A stretch of DNA of 48,913 bases, counting the filler, from Stramenopiles sp. TOSAG23-3 (taxonomy: Eukaryota): assembly GCA_900128585.1 (NCBI GenBank). It is 4 parts of 4 records of this genome, joined end to end, with 100 filler letters (N's around TTAATTAATTAA, not from the genome) between each part and the next. Parts side by side here need not be neighbours in the genome. Positions count along the whole stretch, not along the records: positions 1 to 22,342 come from LT642338.1; 3 more parts are not named here. The stretch is one strand, 5' to 3'. The notes under the pieces are model-generated. The model was not told where the DNA came from and searched no databases. It saw only the letters and a list, made by a program, of their open reading frames with translations. The position numbers and the translations under genes were made by a program. The first letter of the stretch is position 1; every line of letters starts with the position of its first letter. Shown piece after piece: positions 11,293 through 21,776 of the stretch.

Positions 11293-12147
11293 ATGAACCC
11301 TTTGCTTTTTGCAGCGGTCGTCGGTTTTTGTGTTCTTCGACGGGATAAAAGGAAATTATGTATTAGAAAAAAATTTGAAGTGTCTCCTGAAAAATTACGT
11401 AAGTTTAAAAAGAACGGATATGTAGTAATAGACAGTGCCATATCACAACATCTTTTAGCGGCCTGCGCTAGAGAGGCCGAGCTGCTTCGAAACGACATGA
11501 AGCCGGGGAAAATCTCCCGTGGACTTGACTTAGAGGATGGACAAACCGCTGTTTCGGTTGTTCGATCAGACAAAATGCTTTGGTTGAAAAACCAAAGTTC
11601 CTCGAGAACTGCAGCACTGTATTTGGTACAACAAAAGTTGGATAATCTCAGAATGGAATTGAACAAAACAATATTGAGTAGTTTCGAAACTTCTACAGAC
11701 AAGTGTGCCTTTATGTTGGCAGTATACCCAGGCGAAGGAAAAGGTTATAAACGACATAAAGACGCGACTGAAAACGGAGGCAGAAAATTGACTGCTATTG
11801 TGTACCTTAATAGCGACTGGGATAAGCGATTCGGGGGCTGCCTTCGAATTTGGGGCAAGAATGCAAGTGGCCCGGCGCCAGATACGATAGAACCAGTAGG
11901 AGGCCGACTTGTAATATTTTTTTCTAACTTATGGCACGAAGTGCTTCCACTTCATTACAATTTTCACCGCACTGCACTTTCGGCATTCTTTATAAATAAA
12001 CAGGATCTTGCAAAAGAAATATTGGGCGAAGAAAGAACTGTTCAGGAAGAAAAGGAGAGAAATCGTGCAGAATTTCTTGAAATGGTTGCCAAAAAAATAG
12101 CCCTTCGAAAATTATTGGGGAAGAAGAAGAGAGAGAGAAAAAAGTAA
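11293..12147 (+). CDS. 2OG-Fe(II) dioxygenase, EGLN/PHD prolyl-hydroxylase-like
   Basis: VRSDKMLWL, AVYPGEGKGYKRHKD (HxD), RKLTAIVYLN, GGCLRI, WHEVLP (distal His), RTALS (2OG-binding Arg). First ATG at 11293. Confidence 0.85.
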   Translation: MNPLLFAAVVGFCVLRRDKRKLCIRKKFEVSPEKLRKFKKNGYVVIDSAISQHLLAACAREAELLRNDMKPGKISRGLDLEDGQTAVSVVRSDKMLWLKNQSSSRTAALYLVQQKLDNLRMELNKTILSSFETSTDKCAFMLAVYPGEGKGYKRHKDATENGGRKLTAIVYLNSDWDKRFGGCLRIWGKNASGPAPDTIEPVGGRLVIFFSNLWHEVLPLHYNFHRTALSAFFINKQDLAKEILGEERTVQEEKERNRAEFLEMVAKKIALRKLLGKKKRERKK

Positions 12148-12707
12148 TAATACCCTATCAAATACAAGTAGTATATTTTGTATTAATTATTTTGATGGAA
12201 TCATCTCTGAAAAATACTTCGCTACAAAAAAATAAAATGAACAGCCGTTTCGTTTCTTCCGTCTCTATATAATAATATAAATGCCAATAAAGCTATATAA
12301 TGTATTAATATATAATTACCACCAAGGTAATAATAATATTATTATTTTATACCGGTTAAAATTATTCTCTATTACAACGCCCAATAACAAGGAGAAAAAC
12401 GAGAAGACGACGACGAAAAAAAGAAGGAGGAGGAGAAGAAGAAGAAAGAAGGATTTGTTCATTCCGTTGTTCGTACTGGTACGTAATAACCACTACTATA
12501 AACAAAAGAAATTCAGACAACTTGGGAATAGTCGTAATGCAACGAACGAGAAAACAACAGCGAAAACAGTGTTTTTCGTTTCAGTCTTTTATTTTTTATT
12601 TAATCATTTTTGACAAGAAAAGGTTCTGCAAAGCATAATTCCGAAGAAAAGAAAAGGGTAATCCTAGGGGTTTGATTTAAGCTATTGGTCAGGGCGTGCA
12701 TTTGGAC

Positions 12708-14264
12708 ATGGATAACCTCAACGCGGTGACTTTGGAAACGAAGGACTCTCGCAGGAGGCGCCAGCGATGGCCAAGATACGACTTTTGGCACTCAAAGGTG
12801 AGCCGGCGGCCGTATGAGACGAAGATGAATTTGATCAGAGAGCCCTGGATATTTCCGATGTCGGCCTTAAATCTAGCAGCTGTTCAAATACAAAGAACTT
12901 GGCGGGGCGTCTTTATACGTTCTCGGCTGCGGTCGCTAGGGGCCTCTGTTGGGATTCTGAAAGCCGTTCAAAGGATCCGAGGTCTTACGTGGCGCCCACA
13001 CTGGCGTCGAACATGGAGCAAATCTTCTGGCAAGCTATTTTTGAAGTATAAAGCGTGGAAGCACCGTGCGAACAGCGAGTATGCACAAAAGATGGAAGAG
13101 GGCGAGGAAGAGGGGGGGCTGGTGTTCGCAGAGGACCCAGAGGCAAACAGCTGGTTGTGCACTCGGCTGCAAGCCTGGTGGCGTATGATTGCAACCCGGA
13201 GGGAATATAATCTCAGCAGGTTTTCGATATATCATATTGCTGCAATGCAAATACAATATCTGTGGCGGTTTTATTACCAGTCGAGGTTCATTGGAATGAT
13301 GGCTCAGTCACCTCAAGAATCAGCTGTACGCAAGATCCAGAATCTGTGGCGTCGCTATACCAACCGTCGAATTTTCTTTTATTACAGAGATCTTATTAAG
13401 TTTCGAAATGCTGGAGATCCGGCCCTGATGCTTCGTTGCATTAACCCTCGGGAGGCATCGTTGCTCGACTCTGCTGCCGGTGTTCATATCCGTTTCAGAC
13501 TGGGGGGGTCTTCGTTCCCTCCCGTTATTTTGTACAAAGTGTACACACACAAGCCTTTGTGCGATGTAAATGCGTTTGCACCCCGGGATTACTCAGTATC
13601 GAAGAGCAAAGGTGCAAAATATGAAAACAACCACAGTAACTCAGGAAAACAAAAGAACAAGCGTTGGAGAACATCGAGCAATTATTTGCAAGTGGGAAAT
13701 GCTAGGTTTGAAACCAAGTATGGGGATTCATACGACGATGACGATGGTTCTTGGTACCAGAGGAACGATATGAACAATTGGCGCCCTGTTGCAGCAGGGG
13801 TATTACAAGAAGCGGACATGCTACCGGAGCAGCGAAACTTGAAAAGTTTGAGAAAGCGGTTTCACTATTCCAGACAAGTTCGGAAACAAGACAAGGTAGC
13901 TTCCCAAAAGCGAAAGAAGCGACAGTGGATGATGAAACTTTACAAAGAAGGGCTTGCAAGTAACAAAGATTTTCCGCAGGGGAAAAAGAAAACAACAAAG
14001 ACCATTTTTCGAAGAAGAAAGCAAGACAATTGGGAGGAACAAGCTGAGGAATTGTTAGAATGGAGTTCGGCGCTTGATTTTGATGAGTATCTTCAGGAAT
14101 GGACTGGTCTAGGAACAAGTGGTCCATCTAATCAAGCACATTACGAAAAATCTGTTCTTGTAGATAGTGCCATGTCAGGTGTTTCTGGGATGGGTGGCAG
14201 TAACGCGCCTATACGGCTTGGCCAGAACGAGGCAGAGATTTTACTTGGGGATGAAGATTTTTAG
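12708..14264 (+). CDS. IQ-motif protein, C11orf65/MFI homologue
   Basis: IQ motifs (AAVQIQRTWRG, IAAMQIQYLWR, KIQNLWRRY) and the conserved block FRNAGDPALMLRCINPREASLLDSAAGVHIRFRLGGSSFPPVILYKVYTH; also LLEWSSALDFDEYLQEW. First ATG at 12708. Confidence 0.8.
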   Translation: MDNLNAVTLETKDSRRRRQRWPRYDFWHSKVSRRPYETKMNLIREPWIFPMSALNLAAVQIQRTWRGVFIRSRLRSLGASVGILKAVQRIRGLTWRPHWRRTWSKSSGKLFLKYKAWKHRANSEYAQKMEEGEEEGGLVFAEDPEANSWLCTRLQAWWRMIATRREYNLSRFSIYHIAAMQIQYLWRFYYQSRFIGMMAQSPQESAVRKIQNLWRRYTNRRIFFYYRDLIKFRNAGDPALMLRCINPREASLLDSAAGVHIRFRLGGSSFPPVILYKVYTHKPLCDVNAFAPRDYSVSKSKGAKYENNHSNSGKQKNKRWRTSSNYLQVGNARFETKYGDSYDDDDGSWYQRNDMNNWRPVAAGVLQEADMLPEQRNLKSLRKRFHYSRQVRKQDKVASQKRKKRQWMMKLYKEGLASNKDFPQGKKKTTKTIFRRRKQDNWEEQAEELLEWSSALDFDEYLQEWTGLGTSGPSNQAHYEKSVLVDSAMSGVSGMGGSNAPIRLGQNEAEILLGDEDF

Positions 14265-14542
14265 TTGAGAAACGGCGGCAGTGTAGTCCCAGTAACAAAC
14301 TTAAATTGTTTTTAAATAACAGCCAATTTTCTTGTTTTAATTGTTTTTACTTCTTGGCGTACACTCGATATATTGGAGTGTCTTAAAACGTACTAATATA
14401 CAACTTGTTTTTTTTAATATGAGTTAGTTGGTTACTATATATTTTGGGTTTTTTGAGTTAGTTGGTTTACGAGAGTAGCTTTTATCTTGCATCCACATTT
14501 TGGTGTCTCCTCGCCAATACCCCGCGCTCTTCGTTTTCGTGT

Positions 14543-17245
14543 TTATACCATGGTCTCATCTAATGGACTTAATTGTTTTTCATGGGATTCCAGTCCAGCA
14601 CTGTTAATTGGTAAGCTCGGTGGAGGCGGCGGTGGCGGTGGGGGCTCGACAAGAAGCGGCTTAATCTCATAATCTAAAATTTCCTTGGAATGCTCTCGGC
14701 GTTCTTTCTTGATTTGTTGAATGTACATTTTATTGTCTTCCTTTAATTGCTGAATTTTGTAATTACTGTTTTGCAACTGATTTACCTTTGTCCTTATTTC
14801 ATTTTCTAACCTAGCCTTAGTTTCTCTGAAATGTCCAAGGAGTTGGTTTTTTACAACCTCCCCAACGCCAAATATTTTCTTCTCGACTTCAATGGCAACG
14901 GTTTTCTTCCTAAGTAATTTTTTCACGAGTTCATTCTTCTTGTGGACGGTCGGGTCTACGATTGTTTTTCCTCTCGCGCGCGAACTTACAGATTCCCTCG
15001 TGGTTTTGGGGGCTTTCAATAGTCTTAATTCCATTTCTTCTGATGATGACGGGTCACTTAGGTTCTTACTCTCATGTTTGTGTTTTTCGTAAGTATCAAA
15101 GTTTGTGACAAAGTTCTCAATAAGATAACCGGTTAAAATAGGAACGAACATCATCGTCATTATTATACGGAAGGAGAAGAAGTACGTTTCCACCCAAAAT
15201 GTCCCTACCCCAACCATTTTGTCAGTGGCAATCATTACCATATTCCAACTGGCCAAAGTTGAAACCGAAAATAGCGTCAGCAGGGAATTAGGATATGTTC
15301 CAAAATTGAGCTCAGACCGAAATGGATACCACGGCGTATCCGCAGCTTTCGAAGCATTCTCTTCGTTCATGCTCTCATGAAACAGTTGGCATGAAATTAC
15401 CGAAAAAATATACAAGGGAACAAATAAGATAAAGAATAGCTGAAGCAGAGATTTACCTAAACGCAATATGGTTTCTAACAACCCATGTAGAGTTTCGCTT
15501 AGCCAGAGAAACTTCAGTATCCTTAATGTCCGAATTGTGAGGGCCATGTTGTAAATATCAGCATTCTTACTTCCAAACAGCCTCTCGTAAAGAAGAATTA
15601 GTATGCCCGCGCTCACACAGAAAAAATCCAAATTGTGCTCGGCTACAGAAATGTAGCGCTTCCAGCCATATGCAAAGATCTTCAAAGCCGCCTCAAGCGT
15701 AAAAGCAATAAGAATTAAAAGGCCTGCAATGGACCATGCTTGATCTTCTGGAAACTTGACTGACATGTAAAGTTGATACACCGAAGCAACCACGAATATA
15801 TCAGCCAACATATGCGAGGGTGTAAAGCCGACTCCCGTTGAAGTTTGGAACCCACTGACCCCACATACATAAAATTTGTAACGCAACGCATGCCGGAAGG
15901 ATTTCTGAACTCTTTCCAGATTGGTAAGTTCATGCGGTTCGTGCAATTCAAGGTGTTTTACGGTGTTGCCAGTATGCTTCGATATTTCACATAGCTTTGA
16001 GAAGGGTTCAAATTCAATGTAACCGTTTCCGGGTATAAAGCTATAATCTTCATCGATTGCATCAAACAAAGCACCTGCAACCAGAGGATGATGGGTGCCT
16101 TTAAGTTTTGCAAAGACTTTGTGCCAAACAGCACGGTTCAAGTTTCCAAACGGGGCAATCAGTGAAAAGGCTTTTCTAGCAGCTGCTTTATAGTTATGCA
16201 GGACTTTTAGGTATTGTTGTTTTTGGTATGCTTTATAGGATCTGTATGCAGTTGCCAAAACTAGTTTTTGAAAGATCATGGTAGTAATTACCATAAACGT
16301 AACAAAGTAATACGAGGCCAAACCATCCGAGGCAGCAAATAAATGCGCCAGGTCTCCCAACATACTTCCTGGGGCGGTTAGCACAAGTAACATCGTTCGC
16401 ATCCCGTTCAAAGGCGTATCAAAGTTCTTTGCTGAGTCAATTTTTCCAAATAAAACAAAGCCGACGAAACCGAAAAATATAACATCGCAGGAAATCAGTA
16501 ACAGCACTTTCGAAATTTGGGTACCAGCAACCAAGCACACAACGAAGGCAGTTCGAAGTTTAAAATTTCGAAACACAAGAAAAAAAAGTCTTGAGAATGT
16601 AGAAAACCGAACAAACCGTCTGGCGGTCACTACAGACACAGCAAAATCCACCGCCGTAATGAAGAGCAGACTAGCGCGAAGTTTGATCCAAACCATATCG
16701 CTGATTTCGTTTGTTTTGTCAGAATCAGACGTAGAACTTAAATGCAACTTTCTCATCAGCATTATGTCCAATCCCACAGTTAGAATAACGCCCACTTCGA
16801 GACCTTGATGGATCGTTTGCCACCCCGGGGCGGCAATTCCAAATTCTTCTGGAATAAATATTTGGAAAGAAAAGACGAGCGAAATGACATTGTAAAACGT
16901 CTTCCACCAACTTCTGTTTAAAAATTTGTACGTTTTAAAGGAATTGTGGCTTGTGTCGTGCGCAGTGCTTCTTCCATCCCATGCGTCCATGATGTACATC
17001 GCCGCCTTTTCAATGGAATCATCGGTGGCATAATAAATAGTTGGGTCAGAGTGGCCTTCAATGTCAACGTCTGCAGACTTTGATTCAATCGCACTCTCTT
17101 TATACACGGCCTGTAACTTTGACCATAGATAGCTTTTCTCTTTCGCGCCACCATTCGCAGCAGAAGGGAACGAAGGAGCACCATTCACGGACAGCAAAGG
17201 TTCGTTCATTTTGCTCCGTCCACTTCCTGGTGTGTTAATGTTCAT
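14543..17245 (-). CDS. Two-pore channel (TPC family cation channel)
   Basis: Two 6-TM domains, N-terminal dileucine EPLL, IEKAAMYIMDAW, basic S4 (IRTLRILK), linker with EF-hand-like LFDAIDED...GYIEFEPF, pore loops NFDTPLNGMRTMLLVLT and NFGTYPNSLLTLFSVST, C-terminal coiled coil. First ATG at 17245. Confidence 0.85.
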   Translation of the reverse strand: MNINTPGSGRSKMNEPLLSVNGAPSFPSAANGGAKEKSYLWSKLQAVYKESAIESKSADVDIEGHSDPTIYYATDDSIEKAAMYIMDAWDGRSTAHDTSHNSFKTYKFLNRSWWKTFYNVISLVFSFQIFIPEEFGIAAPGWQTIHQGLEVGVILTVGLDIMLMRKLHLSSTSDSDKTNEISDMVWIKLRASLLFITAVDFAVSVVTARRFVRFSTFSRLFFLVFRNFKLRTAFVVCLVAGTQISKVLLLISCDVIFFGFVGFVLFGKIDSAKNFDTPLNGMRTMLLVLTAPGSMLGDLAHLFAASDGLASYYFVTFMVITTMIFQKLVLATAYRSYKAYQKQQYLKVLHNYKAAARKAFSLIAPFGNLNRAVWHKVFAKLKGTHHPLVAGALFDAIDEDYSFIPGNGYIEFEPFSKLCEISKHTGNTVKHLELHEPHELTNLERVQKSFRHALRYKFYVCGVSGFQTSTGVGFTPSHMLADIFVVASVYQLYMSVKFPEDQAWSIAGLLILIAFTLEAALKIFAYGWKRYISVAEHNLDFFCVSAGILILLYERLFGSKNADIYNMALTIRTLRILKFLWLSETLHGLLETILRLGKSLLQLFFILFVPLYIFSVISCQLFHESMNEENASKAADTPWYPFRSELNFGTYPNSLLTLFSVSTLASWNMVMIATDKMVGVGTFWVETYFFSFRIIMTMMFVPILTGYLIENFVTNFDTYEKHKHESKNLSDPSSSEEMELRLLKAPKTTRESVSSRARGKTIVDPTVHKKNELVKKLLRKKTVAIEVEKKIFGVGEVVKNQLLGHFRETKARLENEIRTKVNQLQNSNYKIQQLKEDNKMYIQQIKKERREHSKEILDYEIKPLLVEPPPPPPPPPSLPINSAGLESHEKQLSPLDETMV

Positions 17246-17630
17246 TTTTGTGACTATTCGTTTACAAATAAGAGGTGTGTATTTCAACGGATTGTTTGCG
17301 TTTTAAGACGAAAACAGAAAGTAGAATAAGAATGGTTTTGAAAGTCACTAAGACCACTGTAAGTGGACGTTATTTCATTCATAAATTGCTCAATTATCTA
17401 AATTGCATTCGTCGTAATAACACTTGATTTTTATTTAAACATTTTTTAACAACACTTCTTTTTGGCAACCAAATAATAAAAAATTTATTGATGAATGAAC
17501 CAACAACAACAACCAGTAAATTATGAAACATGAAACCACCATTGCAAATATATAAAACTATTGTTGCGGTGTGTGGTGCTAATCTATGGATTTTATTATA
17601 TATAGTAACGAATTTTTTATCGCGCGGACA

Positions 17631-17735
17631 TACCAGGTACCACAGTACGGTACCAGGAACCAGGTACAGGAACCGACCCTTCCTGGTGATTCCCGTACCG
17701 GTACCTGGTACCAGGTACCTGGTTCCTGGTACCGT
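17631..17735. repeat. GGTACC/CCAGG-built palindromic element with a perfect 21-bp inverted repeat
   Basis: acggtaccaggaaccaggtac (17647-17667) is the reverse complement of gtacctggttcctggtaccgt (17715-17735). An internal 20-bp palindrome ggtacctggtaccaggtacc lies at 17700-17719. Confidence 0.85.
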
Positions 17736-17886
17736 TATCAGATATTCTAGTCGTCTTTCTCTTCTACACTCCACACTTTATTAATTTTATATTTCGAGAG
17801 TTAAATTGTTTTTATTATATGAATACTCGTACTACTTGGTATTACCACCAACGAAGAACAAGGCCACAAACAAATACTGTTTTTTT

Positions 17887-18663
17887 TTATCTTGTCCTTG
17901 GTCCTGAAGGAATCGGGATGTACATAGCCATGAGCAAAATCACAACCCCGGCTACGAGGAGCATGCGTGAAAAACAGAGATTGGAAGTCCTGTCCATGCT
18001 CCCATACTCCTGCGGTTCTGCCGTGTCCTGGGGTTCTGCAGTGTCCGGGGCTGTAGATAACCAATAACGGCAAAACCTATCACACATGTTTTCCGAAGCT
18101 GTCGCATGACCGTCTCGTGGCGGCTGGTGTTCATCTTTTCGTTGCTTTGTCGCTATATTTGACAAAAGCTTCAAAAACGAGGAATCTTTCAGACCCTCCG
18201 CAATAGACAGTGCGGTGGCACCGCTGTCATTCGCTGTCAAAACATCAGGGTTATATCCCAATACTATTCTACATAAATCAATACGGCCATACTTTAACAG
18301 TAAGAGAAGTAACGTATTGCCCCCGTCCTGCGTTTTTACATCCAAATCTGCACCAGCGTCTATCCAGTTTACGAGTTCCTCCTCGCTTACATCTTTACAA
18401 ACTCGGCAAAGCCGTTCTCCTTGTTTTCTTCGAAAGTCCTGAATCATATTCCTAAGCACCAAATTAGGAATGATGTCATTGGATGGCAAAACTTCGTTCG
18501 TAATCGGACTTGGAAAAAAAGGATATTTCATCTTAAACCATTTCATTATTGAGTCGCACTCGTACGTATATCCATCTCGAGCGACCACTGGGTTTTCCAA
18601 TAACACATGGGTAATTGGACAAATAAACTCTGGCGGCGTCGGTATAATTTTAGTATCTTCCAT
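17887..18663 (-). CDS. U-box E3 ligase with ankyrin repeats and C-terminal transmembrane anchor
   Basis: U-box PPEFICPITHVLLENPVVARDGYTYE...SPITNEVL...IPNLVLRNMI. Ankyrin motifs GADLD...GNTLLLL...SGATALSIA. Hydrophobic tail MLLVAGVVILLMAMYIPI. Confidence 0.85.
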   Translation of the reverse strand: MEDTKIIPTPPEFICPITHVLLENPVVARDGYTYECDSIMKWFKMKYPFFPSPITNEVLPSNDIIPNLVLRNMIQDFRRKQGERLCRVCKDVSEEELVNWIDAGADLDVKTQDGGNTLLLLLLKYGRIDLCRIVLGYNPDVLTANDSGATALSIAEGLKDSSFLKLLSNIATKQRKDEHQPPRDGHATASENMCDRFCRYWLSTAPDTAEPQDTAEPQEYGSMDRTSNLCFSRMLLVAGVVILLMAMYIPIPSGPRTR

Positions 18664-19235
18664 GGTAACTGTACTGGACCAGTCGGAATCTATCCCCCTT
18701 TAAAATCCCCTTAATTAATGCAACGAATTCATTCTCGGCGTTGTCCATAATTTATAAACTTTTGCGCGAATAATTTCGTTGTTTTCTTGTATTGACTGTA
18801 CTTGTTACTATAAACCCACTTCGTCCAGAAATTTTCCAAACAAGTAGATTTTAGATATATTTGTAAGTACTGGTACGGGGGTACGGTAGCGGAAAAAAAG
18901 TGTGTGGAGCGTGGTGGTGCGACGAACTTCTTCTTTTTTTTTTGCTGCTGCTGCATGCTGCTCGACGCTCTTTATTCGGTATTTCGTATTTATTACTATC
19001 GGTATTAATAATACCAAGGTAGAACGGTAGGAAGGGTCTATTTGTAGCGCCGCCAATAATAAATTGACGGCACAACAACAATACCCTCACGACAACACCA
19101 CTTCCTTTTTTTTTTAAGATGAAGTACAAAGAAAATCCTCACCACCCCACCCCGTAACGATAGTAATAATTGAGATGATTATTAAAAATGTAAATACTTT
19201 TTGAACTTGCTTGGAACAGAGAAAGAAGTAATTTA

Positions 19236-21776
19236 TTACAAACCGGGATCGTTCCTCAACTCCACCCCTGCTTCTTCGCCTTGTACAACATGGATATCGG
19301 CAGTGCTTTCTTCGACCGTGTCCTCTAGAAATGCTCGATCCAGGTCACTTCCAAACTCTTCGTCACTGACTTCGATTCCGGCCTCTGTTAGAGGCAACGA
19401 CAATGCGAGCCTTGCTAACTTTTCTTCGCTGAAGGTACATAGGTCACCGAAATATTTGTGGCTGCAAAGGTCTTTTGCCGATGGCCTTTCCTTTGAGTTT
19501 AAAGTCAACAAACTGCCGCACAGTTCGGCAAACAGGGAAACCTCAGCATTGTCAGCCTTAAAAATTTCTTTGCACTGATCGTAAATGTTTTTCTGACTGC
19601 TAACATGCAGCTGGCTTTCACTGTTGTTGCGACCATCCACAGGATAACGAAGGACATGGTCGTCAGTAAAAAAATCGTGAACCTCATTTCTGCCCGTGCC
19701 TTTAACTATCGCCTCTTTGTTTCCTTGGATCATTTCTGGCGGGAACTTCCCGCACAAACACTGCATCAAAGCCAAATGTTCAAAACTGTCGTGGGTTTGG
19801 AACAACAGGCGCCCGGTAAGCAATTCCATGGCCATACACCCTAGGCCCCATACGTCCGAGGGAAAGCTCCACGAGTTTCCTAGAACTACTTCCGGAGCCC
19901 TGTATTGTCTAGTATTAATTATGGAGCTGTGGTAGTCTTGCTCGTATGCTGCACTCCCGAAGTCAATTAATTTTATTTGCAATGTTTTGGGCACGAGGCG
20001 CACCGATGCAGATTCCTCCGGGAACTCGAAGTATTCGTCAGACACAAAAAGTATGTTTTCCAGTTTTAGATCGGTGTGCACCACACCACACTTATCGTGC
20101 AAAAACGCGAGGGCGTTGATTATTTGAAACACAATGTACTGCAAGTGCTTGCCTTTAAAACCGTAGACGCCACGACGCCGATTGCGCTTCATAAAATAGT
20201 AAAGGTTCGGCCCACACGTCTCAAAGACCAAGCAAACATGTTTTCGATAAACAAAGGAATTGAACATTCGAATTACAAAGGGGGAGGCTCCCGGCCTTTC
20301 GTTCTTTTCGAGTTCGTTCAAATTCGTAAGGATATCGGCCTCAATTTTTGCAGCATCTCCATAACGTCTAATTTTTCGCACGACTTTTATTGCAACCGTT
20401 TCCGGTTCATCGTTCCCATCGCTGGGGCCTTTCAATTCACATTCCAGGACGCGACCAAACGTGCCCACGCCCAGTTCTTGCAATATTTTGTACTTTCCAA
20501 CAGAGTCCCCTTCCATGCCCTCAAAATTTCCCGCGTCGTCGTCACCGTCTTCGTCCAAGGAGGAGCCGCTGCATTCTGATTCTTCCTCCTGTTCTGGTAT
20601 GCCTTTTTGCGGGACATATTCACTTGGGTAGTACTTTTTACCAGCGAAATGAGGCACAAAAGGGAGGTCCATATCCTTTTCTGTGTACGACGGCAGCCCT
20701 TCTGCGAAAGATGGGTCCACATCGGACGGTGCATGTGCGTCTACCGCGCCTTCGTTTGGAGCGTAGTCTGCGTTCAAATCAGAGATGCTGTTCTGCTCGA
20801 CCGGTGCACACCTGCTATCCATGACAAGGCTAGAGGCTCTTGGCGACTGGTTGTCTTTGCCCCAAAAGCCTGAATCTGATAACTGCTCCTTAAACTTTTC
20901 CACCGGAGTCGATACCGAGAGCCCGGTGTCGGAGCCCGCGGTCAAACGGTCAGCACGGCGCGATTTATTCTCAGAATTGTTCCCTTTCCCACGCTTCCCC
21001 TCGCGCCCAGGATGCCGATTTCGCTTCCTGTCGGGATCTCCCCTTTTTTGATGCTTCTGGCGCATTTTAGATCCCCGCTTCGAATCGCGGCGCCTCTGGC
21101 GCCACAAGTGCCGCGGGGGAGAACGGGACACCCAGCGCCTACCATGACCATGTCGCCTGAAGCCTGGCCTATCGCCTTTCCTAGCTTGCAGATTCGAGGG
21201 TCGAGACGACCGCTTCCCGTAGTGCTCATTCTCCCCGCCTTCACTATTGAGGCGCATTCTAAATTTCTTCGTTTTCGTCCTAAATTTTTTCGAGCTAGGC
21301 TTTCGCAGCCGCTTCCTCCTCTTCCTAGGAGCTGAAGATTCGTTCTGGTGGGCCGAGGCACTCCGTTTTCGACTGTCGGCCAAGTCACCTGCTGGTGTGT
21401 TTCCTCCGCCACCCCTCTTCGAGAATTTTCCTGCAGAGTACTTGTTGCGCGGGAGGCGTTTTTTTGAGAAAGAAGACCTCTGCTGCTGGTATTTTGACGT
21501 GCTGCCGCCTTGCGAAAATGGGGTTGTCCTTGCTGAGTCCTTCCTTTTGGGTTTCCTCGACGATTCTCTTACGTTAGGGGTTGAAGAGTGGGCAACGCGT
21601 TGGTGGCCTTCCCTGTTTCTCACAGATTTAGAAAAAGGGTGTCTATTGAATTTCAGACCACTGCGCCCATTCTTAGCCTTGGAGCGCCTGTCCGTACCAT
21701 GGAGGGTGCCCGACGGCCGAGGCGTCGTGTAACGCTTGCGCGCCGGCTCCACAATTTCCCCTTCCTCCGCCTCCAT
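19236..21776 (-). CDS. CLK/LAMMER family dual-specificity kinase with long Arg/Lys/Ser-rich N-terminus
   Basis: LGVGTFG, VAIKVVR, AAKIEADIL, HTDLKLENIL, IDFGSA, INTRQYRAPEVVLG, and LFQTHDSFEHLALMQ (LAMMER signature variant). First ATG at 21776. Confidence 0.9.
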   Translation of the reverse strand: MEAEEGEIVEPARKRYTTPRPSGTLHGTDRRSKAKNGRSGLKFNRHPFSKSVRNREGHQRVAHSSTPNVRESSRKPKRKDSARTTPFSQGGSTSKYQQQRSSFSKKRLPRNKYSAGKFSKRGGGGNTPAGDLADSRKRSASAHQNESSAPRKRRKRLRKPSSKKFRTKTKKFRMRLNSEGGENEHYGKRSSRPSNLQARKGDRPGFRRHGHGRRWVSRSPPRHLWRQRRRDSKRGSKMRQKHQKRGDPDRKRNRHPGREGKRGKGNNSENKSRRADRLTAGSDTGLSVSTPVEKFKEQLSDSGFWGKDNQSPRASSLVMDSRCAPVEQNSISDLNADYAPNEGAVDAHAPSDVDPSFAEGLPSYTEKDMDLPFVPHFAGKKYYPSEYVPQKGIPEQEEESECSGSSLDEDGDDDAGNFEGMEGDSVGKYKILQELGVGTFGRVLECELKGPSDGNDEPETVAIKVVRKIRRYGDAAKIEADILTNLNELEKNERPGASPFVIRMFNSFVYRKHVCLVFETCGPNLYYFMKRNRRRGVYGFKGKHLQYIVFQIINALAFLHDKCGVVHTDLKLENILFVSDEYFEFPEESASVRLVPKTLQIKLIDFGSAAYEQDYHSSIINTRQYRAPEVVLGNSWSFPSDVWGLGCMAMELLTGRLLFQTHDSFEHLALMQCLCGKFPPEMIQGNKEAIVKGTGRNEVHDFFTDDHVLRYPVDGRNNSESQLHVSSQKNIYDQCKEIFKADNAEVSLFAELCGSLLTLNSKERPSAKDLCSHKYFGDLCTFSEEKLARLALSLPLTEAGIEVSDEEFGSDLDRAFLEDTVEESTADIHVVQGEEAGVELRNDPGL

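Noticed and set aside
17394-17784. ORFs with repeated VPGTRY peptides on both strands
   Set aside because: A by-product of the palindromic GGTACC element; the same peptide on both strands reflects DNA symmetry.
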